Positions 28,173 to 37,514 of a stretch of DNA of 64,000 nt are shown piece by piece. Position numbers and translations under genes: made by a program. The notes below the pieces were generated by a model. That model did not search any database. It was not told where the DNA came from and worked only from the letters and a program-made list of their open reading frames with translations. How positions within the stretch are numbered: position 1 is the stretch's first letter; every line of letters starts with the position of its first letter. Source of the stretch: a virus; IMG/VR virus record IMGVR_UViG_3300025322_000015, positions 8,666-72,665 of that record. One strand, 5' to 3'.

Positions 28173-28814
28173 TCAGACATCCAGAGGTGTAATTCGTGGA
28201 TATGATTCTACGTACGCGATGATTGCATCAACCTTATGTTTTAGATTGAAATGCTCGCACCACATTTTCAATCGCTTCAGCTTCCGAGCGACATCTTTCG
28301 CGGTCTCATCTGTAGAGGGAAGCATCTCGCACTTGGCCCCACGAGTCTCGCCATCAACCTGAAGCATCGCATGTGCGCGGCCGTACAACTTCTGAGTAAG
28401 AATATTCGAATGAGCAGCGCTTGAATAGCGAAGGAAACGAATCAATTCGAAGTCGCAAGAAAAGGGATGCTCACCATGAATGTCGCATCGGCCATCGTCC
28501 TTGACATTCCGACAATGGTGATTGGTGTGGTCGTCCTGCGCATCGGAGTAGATCAAGATGCTGTTACCGTTGAACTCAACAGTACGTTTGGTGAGCCGAT
28601 ACGGATGAGCTTCGAGAGGCTTGGGAAGATAATCAAGCGAGAAGCGGCCACAACAAGCTGCGCAGGCAGCTGGACAGGTGTAACCGCGGAAGATGTAAGG
28701 ACTAACGCGCAGACGCTTAGGCTCAAACCTTTCTCCGTTGTAGGTAAAAGGTTCCGCGGTGACGCACGCGAAATATGAATTCACGATCTTATCGATGGAG
28801 TCGCGTTGTGGCAT
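28173..28814 (-). CDS. YkgJ/CxxCxxCC cysteine-cluster (Fe-S/Zn) protein
   Basis: CPAACAACC...HCRNV.DDGRCDIHGEHPFSC. Confidence 0.7.
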   Translation of the reverse strand: MPQRDSIDKIVNSYFACVTAEPFTYNGERFEPKRLRVSPYIFRGYTCPAACAACCGRFSLDYLPKPLEAHPYRLTKRTVEFNGNSILIYSDAQDDHTNHHCRNVKDDGRCDIHGEHPFSCDFELIRFLRYSSAAHSNILTQKLYGRAHAMLQVDGETRGAKCEMLPSTDETAKDVARKLKRLKMWCEHFNLKHKVDAIIAYVESYPRITPLDV

Positions 28815-28833
28815 GGGTTCATCGCCAGAATTT

Positions 28834-28902
28834 CTGCGAATGACTCACGAAACGCCCGGGCCCTTAGGTAGGGTAGCGGACCGGGATCTCGCCAGTCGCT
28901 CG
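28834..28902. repeat. intergenic imperfect palindrome E4
   Basis: GCGAATGACT and CTCGCCAGTC match E2 segments; contains GGTAGC. Confidence 0.45.
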
Positions 28903-29048
28903 TGGACGTCGTGGTCCACGTCTCGCACTCGGTTTCGTTTCAGTCATACATAAACTAGAACAATCGGCTCTCTCCAATATACCCTCGGTTTCGAAGGCCC
29001 GCAACCACTTCTTAGAGCAAATTACTTCACCAATATCGTACAGATAGT

Positions 29049-29080
29049 AAAAAAAGCTCTAGGGAGTTACCCGCTAGAGC
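29049..29080 (-). terminator. intrinsic terminator
   Basis: GCTCTAG..CTAGAGC stem followed by T7 on the minus strand. Confidence 0.75.
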
Positions 29081-29110
29081 TATCTGTGAGCAGTAACACT
29101 ACAATCAATC

Positions 29111-29308
29111 CTAACGCCGCAGCGCCCGCACTAAGGCGACAACCCAACCCACGACAGTCCACCCAAGAAATAAATTGAGTAGAAATATCTTACGACTGCT
29201 ACGCGGGTTCCACTCTACAGCGATAAGGGTTGGTGTGAAATACATGGCTGCGACGGTAACCGTTGCAACAACCCGAAACAGGCGTGTAACGAAGTCGACC
29301 TCTTCCAT
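29111..29308 (-). CDS. imm: superinfection immunity protein (T4 Imm-like)
   Basis: YFTPTLIA...IFLLNLFLGWTVVGWVVAL. Confidence 0.85.
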   Translation of the reverse strand: MEEVDFVTRLFRVVATVTVAAMYFTPTLIAVEWNPRSSRKIFLLNLFLGWTVVGWVVALVRALRR

Positions 29309-29320
29309 TCCTGGATGCCC

Positions 29321-29785
29321 CTACCGGCCGCGGAACGCAGGCTGCGGCATTGCTGGAATATCGTGGACGGACAGCTCGCTGGGTACGCGACCGTGATAGA
29401 ACCAGACGTCAATCGGGATGCCACCGCGAGCATTGAAAATCCCCGCGACACGCATCCAAACCGGGTTGAGGATCTCAGCCAAGGTCTCGCCGATTTGGTT
29501 CACGACAGCCTCGTGGTAGGCGCCGTGGTTCCTAAAGCTGAACATGTAGAGCTTCAATGACTTCGACTCGACCAGATATTTCCTGGGAATGTAATCGAGG
29601 ACGATCGTCGCGAAGTCAGGTTGTCCGGTCTTCGGACACAGACTCGTGAATTCGGGGATCGTGAACCGGCAAACATACAAGCGCTGCGGGTTGGGATTCT
29701 CGATCCTATCGAAGACATAGCCTTCGGGATCCTGGGGAATCTCGGCGAGTCTACCGAGCACGCCCTCATCGTCGATTGCACTCAT
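29321..29785 (-). CDS. queF: preQ0 nitrile reductase, unimodular type
   Basis: EFTSLCPKTGQPDF (Cys, Asp), ESKSLKLY QueF motif, HE. Confidence 0.95.
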   Translation of the reverse strand: MSAIDDEGVLGRLAEIPQDPEGYVFDRIENPNPQRLYVCRFTIPEFTSLCPKTGQPDFATIVLDYIPRKYLVESKSLKLYMFSFRNHGAYHEAVVNQIGETLAEILNPVWMRVAGIFNARGGIPIDVWFYHGRVPSELSVHDIPAMPQPAFRGR

Positions 29786-29911
29786 ACTCGTCTCCTGGGT
29801 GGGTGGGAGAGCGGAGGCAGCTTTGAACTGCCAGATTCCCTATGAGCATCACCGGTCTATGCTTCTGGCCAACCGTATATTGCAGTCTAGGATATCCCCC
29901 TGCGGGGCCGC

Positions 29912-29968
29912 TCGAAAGAAAAAGCCCCGGCTAGGGGAGAGGGAGAGAGAGAGGGAACCTAGCCGGGG
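29912..29968 (-). terminator. intrinsic terminator with a 22-nt GA/CT microsatellite loop
   Basis: 11-bp stem 29925-29935/29958-29968 followed by CTTTTTCTTT on the minus strand. Confidence 0.7.
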
Positions 29969-30008
29969 AATACAACCGAGCTGGAGCGGGGGCGCCAGCC
30001 GAGGCGTA

Positions 30009-30962
30009 TTAGTAGATCTGGTAGATCAACTTCGCTTTCACTTCCCAGAGGCTCGGATCGCCGCTGACCTGATCGGAAGTGGTAGTGGTGAGCACATCAC
30101 CGCCAACCTCATTGCCATCAATGATGGGATTTCCACGCCGGGAAGAACCAATCTTCAGCTCTTCGTAACCGATGTGGTAACCTTCCAAGCCAACCGACCA
30201 GCGCTTATCTTCGCCGAAACGAGTCTGGATACCAATGCCGAGTTTCAGGCCGACCAGCGTCTCATCCTTATTGAAAGACGACCCCGGATACGGCTGAATG
30301 ATGCCTTCGATCAACGTCAGATCAGAATTGCCTTTGGCATTGAACCGACCCCAGTTGGCGCCGATGATGCCATAGACCAGCGTGTTCGGAGTAACAAGGG
30401 CGCCGGGCGTAAAGTCAACGCCAGCGCTCCACTCCCGCTCGACCGACAGAGTGCCACGCTCTTCGCCGAGCTGAAAATCATCTTCGAATCCGAAGTTCGA
30501 TGTATTCAGCACAACCTGCCGGCTGTAAGAGTCGGATCCCTTGAACTTGCCGAAGTCGAAGTAGGCATCGACGCCGATGACGAAAGTCGAGCCAAGCTGT
30601 TGTTTAGCTCCGATGTTGCCGCCGCCGAAGAATCCTTCGAGGCCGAGATCGAGTTTGTCCTGGCGCGAGTCAGTCAGCACACGGATGGGATCGCCGACAG
30701 CCACCTCGCCGTCAAACTTCTGATAGTCGACGCCGTTCTCGACATTGCGAATCGCTTCAAAGATGCCGGCGCCACCGCCCGCCTCGACACCGATGTAGAA
30801 ACCAGTCCAGCTCTTGGTAGCGGGTTCGACCGCATAGGCCGACAGCGGTGCTTCGTATCTCGACTTCGAGGTAATGTCAGCGGCCGAGGCCCCGTGTGGA
30901 ATGAACATACCCATCGATAGAACGATGGCTGCACGTAGAACGTATCTCATTGTATTCCCCAA
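30009..30962 (-). CDS. Omp25/Omp31/RopB-like outer-membrane beta-barrel
   Basis: Signal peptide, SWTGFYIG.EAG, alternating beta-strand pattern, aromatic C-terminus. Confidence 0.85.
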   Translation of the reverse strand: MGNTMRYVLRAAIVLSMGMFIPHGASAADITSKSRYEAPLSAYAVEPATKSWTGFYIGVEAGGGAGIFEAIRNVENGVDYQKFDGEVAVGDPIRVLTDSRQDKLDLGLEGFFGGGNIGAKQQLGSTFVIGVDAYFDFGKFKGSDSYSRQVVLNTSNFGFEDDFQLGEERGTLSVEREWSAGVDFTPGALVTPNTLVYGIIGANWGRFNAKGNSDLTLIEGIIQPYPGSSFNKDETLVGLKLGIGIQTRFGEDKRWSVGLEGYHIGYEELKIGSSRRGNPIIDGNEVGGDVLTTTTSDQVSGDPSLWEVKAKLIYQIY

Positions 30963-31005
30963 TTCCCAGATTATTTCAGAAGTAGGACCACCCCACCTCC
31001 GTAGT

Positions 31006-31290
31006 CTACTGTTCTATATCCTCTTCCCGTTTACAATCCCAACCCCGAGGCTCGACGTGTTCTACGCCAGAAGCATACTGCGGACGCAGCAAATCATCTT
31101 CATCGCAGTCGCCAGGACGCAGAGCAGCATCACGAGCTTTCTTGTCACCGACGATAGTAGTCAAGGGGAGCTGGCCCTCTGACTCACACTCGCAATACTC
31201 AAAAGGTTCGAGTACCTCAGCGGTGACCATCGTCGCCAACGGAAACAGGACAAGGAAGGCGACGGAAAACAGCTTCATACAATCCCCCAC
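31006..31290 (-). CDS. small secreted Cys-containing protein
   Basis: MKLFSVAFLVLFPLATMVTA signal peptide; four Cys. Confidence 0.55.
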   Translation of the reverse strand: MGDCMKLFSVAFLVLFPLATMVTAEVLEPFEYCECESEGQLPLTTIVGDKKARDAALRPGDCDEDDLLRPQYASGVEHVEPRGWDCKREEDIEQ

Positions 31291-31321
31291 TATTTAGTGT
31301 TTCAACAATACGCAGAACAAA

Positions 31322-31702
31322 CTAGATGTAGCCGGCCAGGCGCGCGAACTGAAACGCGAACTGAAACGCGAACTGAAACACGAATGACCAGCAGAACACA
31401 AATACAAATCGAGAAGCCAGCGTCGGCCAGAACCGCCAAATCATCGCCAGATGATACTGCAACCTCGCCGGCAGACGAATGTGTTTCACAGACGGACGCA
31501 TAAAGAAATCATAAACGCGATCGGAGATTTGCAGAGTGGCATAAACCGTAGAATCGATGCCGCCGAGGACGACGTTCGCGGCACTCATGAACGATTGTAG
31601 TATTACCGTGCGAAGACACGACATCAACATACGCGAGTGGAAGCTGGCTTGGTACATCATTGCACGCGAGTCAACGGGATCATACGTCATCACTAACGCC
31701 AT
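31322..31702 (-). CDS. hypothetical protein with a hydrophobic (QFAF)n tail
   Basis: AGGAG upstream. Confidence 0.55.
   Translation of the reverse strand: MALVMTYDPVDSRAMMYQASFHSRMLMSCLRTVILQSFMSAANVVLGGIDSTVYATLQISDRVYDFFMRPSVKHIRLPARLQYHLAMIWRFWPTLASRFVFVFCWSFVFQFAFQFAFQFARLAGYI
31343..31378. repeat. 12-bp tandem repeat x3 (CGCGAACTGAAA)
   Basis: Three perfect copies plus a partial fourth. Confidence 0.9.
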
Positions 31703-31742
31703 CGGAGTCTCCTAACGCTACATAGACGAAGCACTGCAATTT

Positions 31743-31772
31743 CTTATAGAACTTAAATAAGCCACAGGTCAA
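31743..31772 (-). promoter_or_regulatory. sigma70-like promoter
   Basis: TTGACC-N18-TATAAG in an AT-rich gap. Confidence 0.5.
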
Positions 31773-31877
31773 GTTCAAAATTCTACTTATGAAGTCTACG
31801 ACAAACACAAATGCTTAGAATATACAACTACAACTACAAGTATTCATAGTAACTATACTTGATGCAATACTAAATAG

Positions 31878-32120
31878 TCAACCGCGATTTAGTAAGGCCT
31901 GCATATACGGGGAAAGCCGATCCGACGGCGTAACATCTATGACGGGTTCAGCAACGACACCTGCGACGACATCCACGTCCGGAACAGCACACAACGCCAG
32001 CAACGCCAGGATAGGCGTAAGGAAGATCGCGATCAGGAACCAAACAAATGCATTACGATTCTTCTGCGCTGCAACAAAGGCGCACAGGATCGAGACAGCA
32101 AGCCAGAGTACGATAATCAT
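31878..32120 (-). CDS. small membrane protein
   Basis: AAGGAG upstream; two TM segments, FVAAQKNRNAFVWF. Confidence 0.7.
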   Translation of the reverse strand: MIIVLWLAVSILCAFVAAQKNRNAFVWFLIAIFLTPILALLALCAVPDVDVVAGVVAEPVIDVTPSDRLSPYMQALLNRG

Positions 32121-32197
32121 AAACTTTCTCCTTCCTAAGATTTTGCCACTCTCCCTTCGAGAGCCAACGCAAGGATTAGCGGCAATTTTACCATAGG

Positions 32198-34045
32198 TCA
32201 AGTGGTAAAAATTTGTGATCCACAGTCAACGGTTTTACGCACAGTTACAACAGCAGAAAACAATGAGCTCTCCGTTGTGTGGTGATCGGTGTACCAAATC
32301 TGCTTCTGGAGATCACGGGCCCGAGTGTGTAAGAACTCACACAAATCTCTCACACCACCTTCGGACAAACTACGCGTAGGCTCATCGAAGATCTCTAGGT
32401 TGACAGATACAGAGGCGTATGAGAGCAGCACCTCAGATAACGCCATCGCCCCAACAAGCCGTAAGCGCTGTCGTTCTCCCCCAGACCAGCATTCCCATCG
32501 TACTGGTGTTGTATTATACGGCGAGAGCACCTTAACAACGAGACCACGCTTTGTCGTCCCCGACTTCGTCTCCTGCTCTACATCGTACTCAATAGACCAA
32601 TCATGCAGACCTACGTCACCGAGCATTGAATTCGTCGCCAGTTGTAATTCAGTAAGAATCTCCTGCAGGATAAATAGACGCACATCCTTGAAACCTCTAA
32701 TCCAGAACTTGGTGCGCTCAAGTCGTGCGGCTCGTTTCTCAATCTCCTGTTCAAGGTCGGTGGCTACCATCTTCTGTTTCTTCAGATCCTTCTTGAACCC
32801 ACCAACCTGGTCATGATAAGGATTGGTGTCAGCCTCCAGTCGCGCAGCTTCGCGCTTCTTCGAAAGTAGATTAACCTGGATCTCACGAAGACGGATGTCC
32901 CACATATCGATCTCGGATCGAGCCTTCTTCGCAGTCGCTTCTTTTTCTTCTAGAGCTGGGCGTACTCTTTCAACTTTCTTGTCTTGCGCGTTGTACTTCT
33001 TCTCAAGAGTCTGGAGATCCAGATCGTGCGAGTCCTGAATGAGTTTGCGAACCTTCGCTTTCAACTTCTTCTTATGCTCTAGAAGCGAGGTGCCTTCGAG
33101 CGACTGACCGCACGTAGGACAGTCATCCATCTCACCCAACCCATCAATTTCTTTCTTCAGTTCGACTACGCGTCGCCGAATCTGTTCGACTTGTGCTTCG
33201 CCTGTGGAAAGTTTATCGCGAAGTTTAAACAGCTCGTCGTACAGATCACGGAACTGCTTATCTAATGCATCCTTCTCAGTAAGAGCACCATCCTCGATAA
33301 GCGTGGCCGTTCCCCGCTTCGCGACAGCGGAATCATTTGCGGCTGCGAGCTTCTTTATCTCGCTTTTCAACTTGTCTAGGTCCGCGAGACGATTCTCCTC
33401 GAACTCAGAAGATTCCTTCTGGGCTCGATCCAACAACTCCTTGGTTCGAGTAATCTGAGCTTTCGCGGCAACAAGGTCGCGGTCGGCTGCTACTTGTTTC
33501 ATCTCCAGAGTACGAACTTCTGTAGAAGCATGCTGGGACCGCTCGTCCCACCTATTCAAATCGAGCGCATCAGTGAAGAGTCCGAGCTTGTCGCTTGCGG
33601 ACAAATCAAAAAACAAATCACGGTCCTGACCGAACAGAACCGTGTGCGTGAACGTCTCGAAGTTGAGTCCTATGAGTCGTTCTACTTTTTCTTGGTTCGC
33701 ATCTTTATCGTTGATGCGCAACGTATTTGGAGCCGCTGTTCGCTTGATCTTGTAGAGCACATCATCAACATTCACCGCGACAGTAACTTTAGGAGATGCC
33801 GTCAACCCCCATGGAGCGATATCAGGGTTGCGCAGACCATCAGGTGTCTTGCCGAACAAACACCACGACAAGGCGTTCCAGATAGAAGTCTTCCCCGATC
33901 CATTTGCGCCGAGGCTTTCCTCGACATCGTTCTCACCTCGAAGGAAACATACTCCTAGCGGTAGAGCTGCAAGGTCTAGGTTCTGAGTATTGCCAACAAA
34001 GCTCCTAAAGTTCCGGATCGCGATGTGTTGAAACTGGATTTTCAT
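32198..34045 (-). CDS. SbcC/Rad50/gp46-like ATPase
   Basis: GANGSGKT, CPTCGQ zinc hook, SGGERQR, IFDEP. Confidence 0.92.
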   Translation of the reverse strand: MKIQFQHIAIRNFRSFVGNTQNLDLAALPLGVCFLRGENDVEESLGANGSGKTSIWNALSWCLFGKTPDGLRNPDIAPWGLTASPKVTVAVNVDDVLYKIKRTAAPNTLRINDKDANQEKVERLIGLNFETFTHTVLFGQDRDLFFDLSASDKLGLFTDALDLNRWDERSQHASTEVRTLEMKQVAADRDLVAAKAQITRTKELLDRAQKESSEFEENRLADLDKLKSEIKKLAAANDSAVAKRGTATLIEDGALTEKDALDKQFRDLYDELFKLRDKLSTGEAQVEQIRRRVVELKKEIDGLGEMDDCPTCGQSLEGTSLLEHKKKLKAKVRKLIQDSHDLDLQTLEKKYNAQDKKVERVRPALEEKEATAKKARSEIDMWDIRLREIQVNLLSKKREAARLEADTNPYHDQVGGFKKDLKKQKMVATDLEQEIEKRAARLERTKFWIRGFKDVRLFILQEILTELQLATNSMLGDVGLHDWSIEYDVEQETKSGTTKRGLVVKVLSPYNTTPVRWECWSGGERQRLRLVGAMALSEVLLSYASVSVNLEIFDEPTRSLSEGGVRDLCEFLHTRARDLQKQIWYTDHHTTESSLFSAVVTVRKTVDCGSQIFTT

Positions 34046-34047
34046 TA

Positions 34048-34194
34048 CTACTTACTTCCGTACCGCTCACGATATAAATCGGTAATCTGAAGGTGAATAG
34101 CCGCCTGTTGCATGAGTGAGGCAGTTTCTGCTTCTGCAATCAATTCGTCAATCAATACATCGAATTCCTTTTCGCCCAAATCTCTTGCAGTCAT
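34048..34194 (-). CDS. 48-aa hypothetical protein (not in ORF track)
   Basis: Exactly fills the gap between the sbcD-like and sbcC-like genes. Confidence 0.5.
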   Translation of the reverse strand: MTARDLGEKEFDVLIDELIAEAETASLMQQAAIHLQITDLYRERYGSK

Positions 34195-34195
34195 C

Positions 34196-35206
34196 CTACT
34201 TCACCTTCTCCATGAGTTTCTTACCTCGAACCAACAACCTGGATTCAAGGTTGCGCTGACTTCCATACGACTCCAGTACTTCTACATCAGACAAACGCGA
34301 TCGCTGTACTGTGTCTACTTTTCGAGACACAGCTTTATCCGCAACCGCCTGTATCGCGTAAATGATGTATCCATGCGTATGCCCCCATTGCTGTATTTCT
34401 GTCTTGATTGCCGCCCATCTAGCGTACTGCTCTGAGGTCACAGCAACTCGAACCTTAAGGATATCACCTGCGTTCAGAGTCTGCTCCGGCCAGATGGTCT
34501 TGCCTTTGGAAATACTACATTCTACCAATCGCTTCTGAGGACCAGGAACGGTGATGCTCTTTCGCTTGAGTGTCTCAGAATCAATGAGCAGCATACGCGG
34601 ACGGAAGTCATCGCCGAAGTCGATCAGATACGGAGATCCTGTATAGGTAATCGGGCCGATTGTATGCGGGACATGAACATCACCCGCGATGACGTTCGTG
34701 TACGAGTTGAAGATATCAGTGGGGATACCATCCAATTCTCGATGCTGACCCGATGCTCCCTTGAATGTATTGTGCGCGAAGATGTAATCGTACTTGGTGT
34801 CCTTCAGATTGATCATTCCCCAATCTTCTTTGTAGTTTGTCGAATGAGGAAGGAACAGGCATTGACCAATTCCGGGGATTTCTTTCTCAGAAGGATTGAC
34901 GACAAAACTGATGTTGGAAAAGATTCTAAGAAAACCAAAGAAGGGAAGCGTGGGATCAACACCGTCATGGTTCCCACGCAGAATTGTAATCGGACACCAC
35001 GAGGCGAGAGCGACCATCTCAGCCACGATGTTATTGGTAAGCCAGGCTCCGTGGTTATCTTTCTGTTCAGTCAAATCACCGAGAATCAACAGATGCTTGA
35101 CGTCGTACTTATTGATTAAATTGATAAGGGTCTGGGTGATCAGAAAACGATAGGCATCGCGAGGATTGTCGCTGAAGTGCAAATCAGCAGTTATCAGTAC
35201 GCTCAT
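34196..35206 (-). CDS. SbcD/Mre11/gp47-like nuclease
   Basis: TADLH, ILGDL, RGNHD, FAH, GDVH. Confidence 0.92.
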   Translation of the reverse strand: MSVLITADLHFSDNPRDAYRFLITQTLINLINKYDVKHLLILGDLTEQKDNHGAWLTNNIVAEMVALASWCPITILRGNHDGVDPTLPFFGFLRIFSNISFVVNPSEKEIPGIGQCLFLPHSTNYKEDWGMINLKDTKYDYIFAHNTFKGASGQHRELDGIPTDIFNSYTNVIAGDVHVPHTIGPITYTGSPYLIDFGDDFRPRMLLIDSETLKRKSITVPGPQKRLVECSISKGKTIWPEQTLNAGDILKVRVAVTSEQYARWAAIKTEIQQWGHTHGYIIYAIQAVADKAVSRKVDTVQRSRLSDVEVLESYGSQRNLESRLLVRGKKLMEKVK

Positions 35207-35535
35207 GCTCTCCACTTTCCGATGCCAGCCCATTTCCTATCAAGAACTTCGGTAATCAGCCTAGGAGGGATGTTAGTCACCTTAAATCTATCGAGAGCAC
35301 AATCGCGTGCTGCTATCATCACAGGTAGACCTCCCATGGCATCTAGATACTCGCCGAGCATCCTGATCCCCACCTCCAGACAGAATAGATAGGGTTCCTC
35401 ATGTAGAGCCTCAATGTCATCTCGAATGTCCGAGCGATCGCGGCGAACTGCTTCTACATCTTTCGCCTTTGACAAGTAGGGAACCAACAACGCGACAAGG
35501 GCATTACAGGATCTATCGAATGGATCTACATACAC
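35203..35535 (-). CDS. hypothetical protein
   Basis: Packed ORF. Confidence 0.55.
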   Translation of the reverse strand: MYVDPFDRSCNALVALLVPYLSKAKDVEAVRRDRSDIRDDIEALHEEPYLFCLEVGIRMLGEYLDAMGGLPVMIAARDCALDRFKVTNIPPRLITEVLDRKWAGIGKWRA

Positions 35536-35828
35536 GGCTTAAATCCTCGTGGACAGTTATTCGTCATGCAGCCGTCGAACATGGGCGCCAGTGTGTCTCG
35601 CCTGCATGTAGTACAAATCTGCGGACGTCGCGTCCCGTCAGTAGTACGAGCTTCAGCACGATCTACTACGAACTGTTGTCCCTGAACCACAAACAGGTCC
35701 AGGATTCGCTGGACCTGTGCTACTGCGGTTCTACCGGTCACGGGCTGACCGAATCTGATATCAACAAGAACTTTGTGTTTCCGCTTCCGGAGGATTCGCT
35801 TCCCCGGAGCCTTCGGCAGCTTTTTCAT
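35526..35828 (-). CDS. hypothetical protein with C-terminal CxxC motifs
   Basis: CTTC...GCMTNNC. Confidence 0.5.
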   Translation of the reverse strand: MKKLPKAPGKRILRKRKHKVLVDIRFGQPVTGRTAVAQVQRILDLFVVQGQQFVVDRAEARTTDGTRRPQICTTCRRDTLAPMFDGCMTNNCPRGFKPCM

Positions 35829-36339
35829 AATGTTTCACCAGCTCCATCTTCTTGGCATCGGGGGCCTTGATCAAATGACACGGCACACCCTCTTCGGTAA
35901 ACATATCGACCACGATTTGGCGATCGTCGAAAGCCATGAAGACGTTCAAACCTTTGGCCCGTAACTCATTCAACATCTCGCGCTTGATGACGTAATCGGG
36001 TCGGTAGTCACCGGCAAACCGCATCAACAAATCATCGTAGCCCTCACCCAGCTTACACTGAGCCTCCGCAAACCATGCATTAGTCAACGTACGCGTACGC
36101 TCATTACGACCCGTAAGTAGCGCGATATAAATTCCCGCATCCGATAAAGCGCGCATCAACTTCAAGTTGTGGTGAATCGGAGTATCACCATCAACAGCAG
36201 AAAAGAAACTTTCCCAATCAGGAGTAGGGCGATCAATAAAGTGCAATCGATGCGTACAGTCCGCAAGTACGCCATCAATATCGAAGATCGCACAGTCGAG
36301 GTTGGTCTTGGCAATCGCAATAGATGTGCTGTATCTCAT
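35761..36339 (-). CDS. HAD phosphatase, T4 PNK 3'-phosphatase-like, no kinase domain
   Basis: IFDIDGVL, LTGR, LLMR, AFDDR. Confidence 0.85.
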   Translation of the reverse strand: MRYSTSIAIAKTNLDCAIFDIDGVLADCTHRLHFIDRPTPDWESFFSAVDGDTPIHHNLKLMRALSDAGIYIALLTGRNERTRTLTNAWFAEAQCKLGEGYDDLLMRFAGDYRPDYVIKREMLNELRAKGLNVFMAFDDRQIVVDMFTEEGVPCHLIKAPDAKKMELVKHYEKAAEGSGEANPPEAETQSSC

Positions 36340-36391
36340 AGCTAATTCCTAACTTAGGTGGTTGATATCGATAACATATGAATACGAATTA

Positions 36392-36928
36392 CTACAACCT
36401 AATTCGCGTATTCTTTGCCCTAGGCGTAACAACGTAATCTGAGGCCATGATATCTTGAAAACGATAGATCATACATTTTCGATGTACGACCTCAAGCCGC
36501 CAACTGCGCGAATTCCGAGTCCAGTGCAAGGGTGTCTGCCCGATCTGCGAAATCCATAAGATTGGCATCCGATTCTGCTTCACGATCAAGATTGGGATGA
36601 GTCTGTACGTATTGGCTTCGACTATTGTACGACGCCAGAATTCAGTCAACACGCCCTTCCCCTTGACTAGGAAGGGTGCGAAATCTAGATTCTTATAGTG
36701 TTTCAGCTCGAAGTAGTAAGTATCAGTTAGGGCATGACCTTCTGGAGCTATCGCACAGATGTCTCCCGATTGTCGAAAGAGTGAACCCTTCTTCTTGAAT
36801 ACTGTAGCTCGACCGCCTGACATGGAATTGCGCCAAAAGACGTCTTGCTTCTGTCCACCGGTAACCCACTCAGACATCTTGACGCAAATCTCACGCTCGA
36901 ACTGTGATCCTTTTTGCTGAATAGCCAT
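36392..36928 (-). CDS. Holliday junction resolvase (Hjc-like PD-(D/E)xK)
   Basis: KGSQFEREI, SGDI, FELKHY. Confidence 0.8.
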   Translation of the reverse strand: MAIQQKGSQFEREICVKMSEWVTGGQKQDVFWRNSMSGGRATVFKKKGSLFRQSGDICAIAPEGHALTDTYYFELKHYKNLDFAPFLVKGKGVLTEFWRRTIVEANTYRLIPILIVKQNRMPILWISQIGQTPLHWTRNSRSWRLEVVHRKCMIYRFQDIMASDYVVTPRAKNTRIRL

Positions 36929-36932
36929 ATGA

Positions 36933-37040
36933 CCCTACGAATCTCCGCGAATGACTGGCGAGTCGCGCTCGCCGCTGCTACCATACCGACAATACCGCTT
37001 CCGCGAGCGATTGAGCCAGATTCGCGGAGAGCGATAGGGG
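36933..37040. repeat. intergenic imperfect palindrome E2
   Basis: TCTCCGCGAAT/ATTCGCGGAGA, CTGGC/GCCAG, GCTCGC/GCGAGC stems. Confidence 0.65.
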
Positions 37041-37514
37041 TTACTCCGTGAGCCGTGTTCCTTTGAACTGCCCGACACTCTCCGCATGCTTCATCGGAGC
37101 AAAGAGCCAGAAGATCGTCTTCCTGGCCTTCGTAAACGTCCAGATCTCAACGTCGACGTAGTGCATCTCTGTTCCCATGTGTTTGAACAATCCTGTCATT
37201 TTGTTGAAGTTGCATCGGGTCTGTTTCTTCTCGAGAGCAAACTTCGCAGCAGATCCAAGCGCGAGCTTCTTCGTAGGCATAATGCGAAGCCAGAGCCCAT
37301 GCCTCTCAACGTCCCACGCCATCTTGTAGGAACTCTCTGAGAACTTGATTCCTACTTTTTCCGCGGCTGCGGTACTGATGAATGATAGACGAGGATACCC
37401 TGTATGCTCAGGATCTTCATCACGTTTCTTGACAACCGCCCAGGTCGCGTTAAGTCGAAGGGTTTCAAGAGTGGCGCCTACCGGGGGTCGAAGTGGATCT
37501 GTGAAGGTGACCAT
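37041..37514 (-). CDS. hypothetical protein
   Basis: Packed ORF. Confidence 0.55.
   Translation of the reverse strand: MVTFTDPLRPPVGATLETLRLNATWAVVKKRDEDPEHTGYPRLSFISTAAAEKVGIKFSESSYKMAWDVERHGLWLRIMPTKKLALGSAAKFALEKKQTRCNFNKMTGLFKHMGTEMHYVDVEIWTFTKARKTIFWLFAPMKHAESVGQFKGTRLTE

Noticed and set aside
28864-28947. 27-aa ORF MTETKPSARRG...
   Set aside because: No SD and it overlaps palindrome E4; cannot be supported
29321-29785. QueF-like amidinotransferase (would give dG+)
   Set aside because: The ESKSLKLY QueF motif is intact, indicating a nitrile reductase
29799-30920. 373-aa plus-strand ORF
   Set aside because: Antisense shadow of the Omp gene, runs through a terminator
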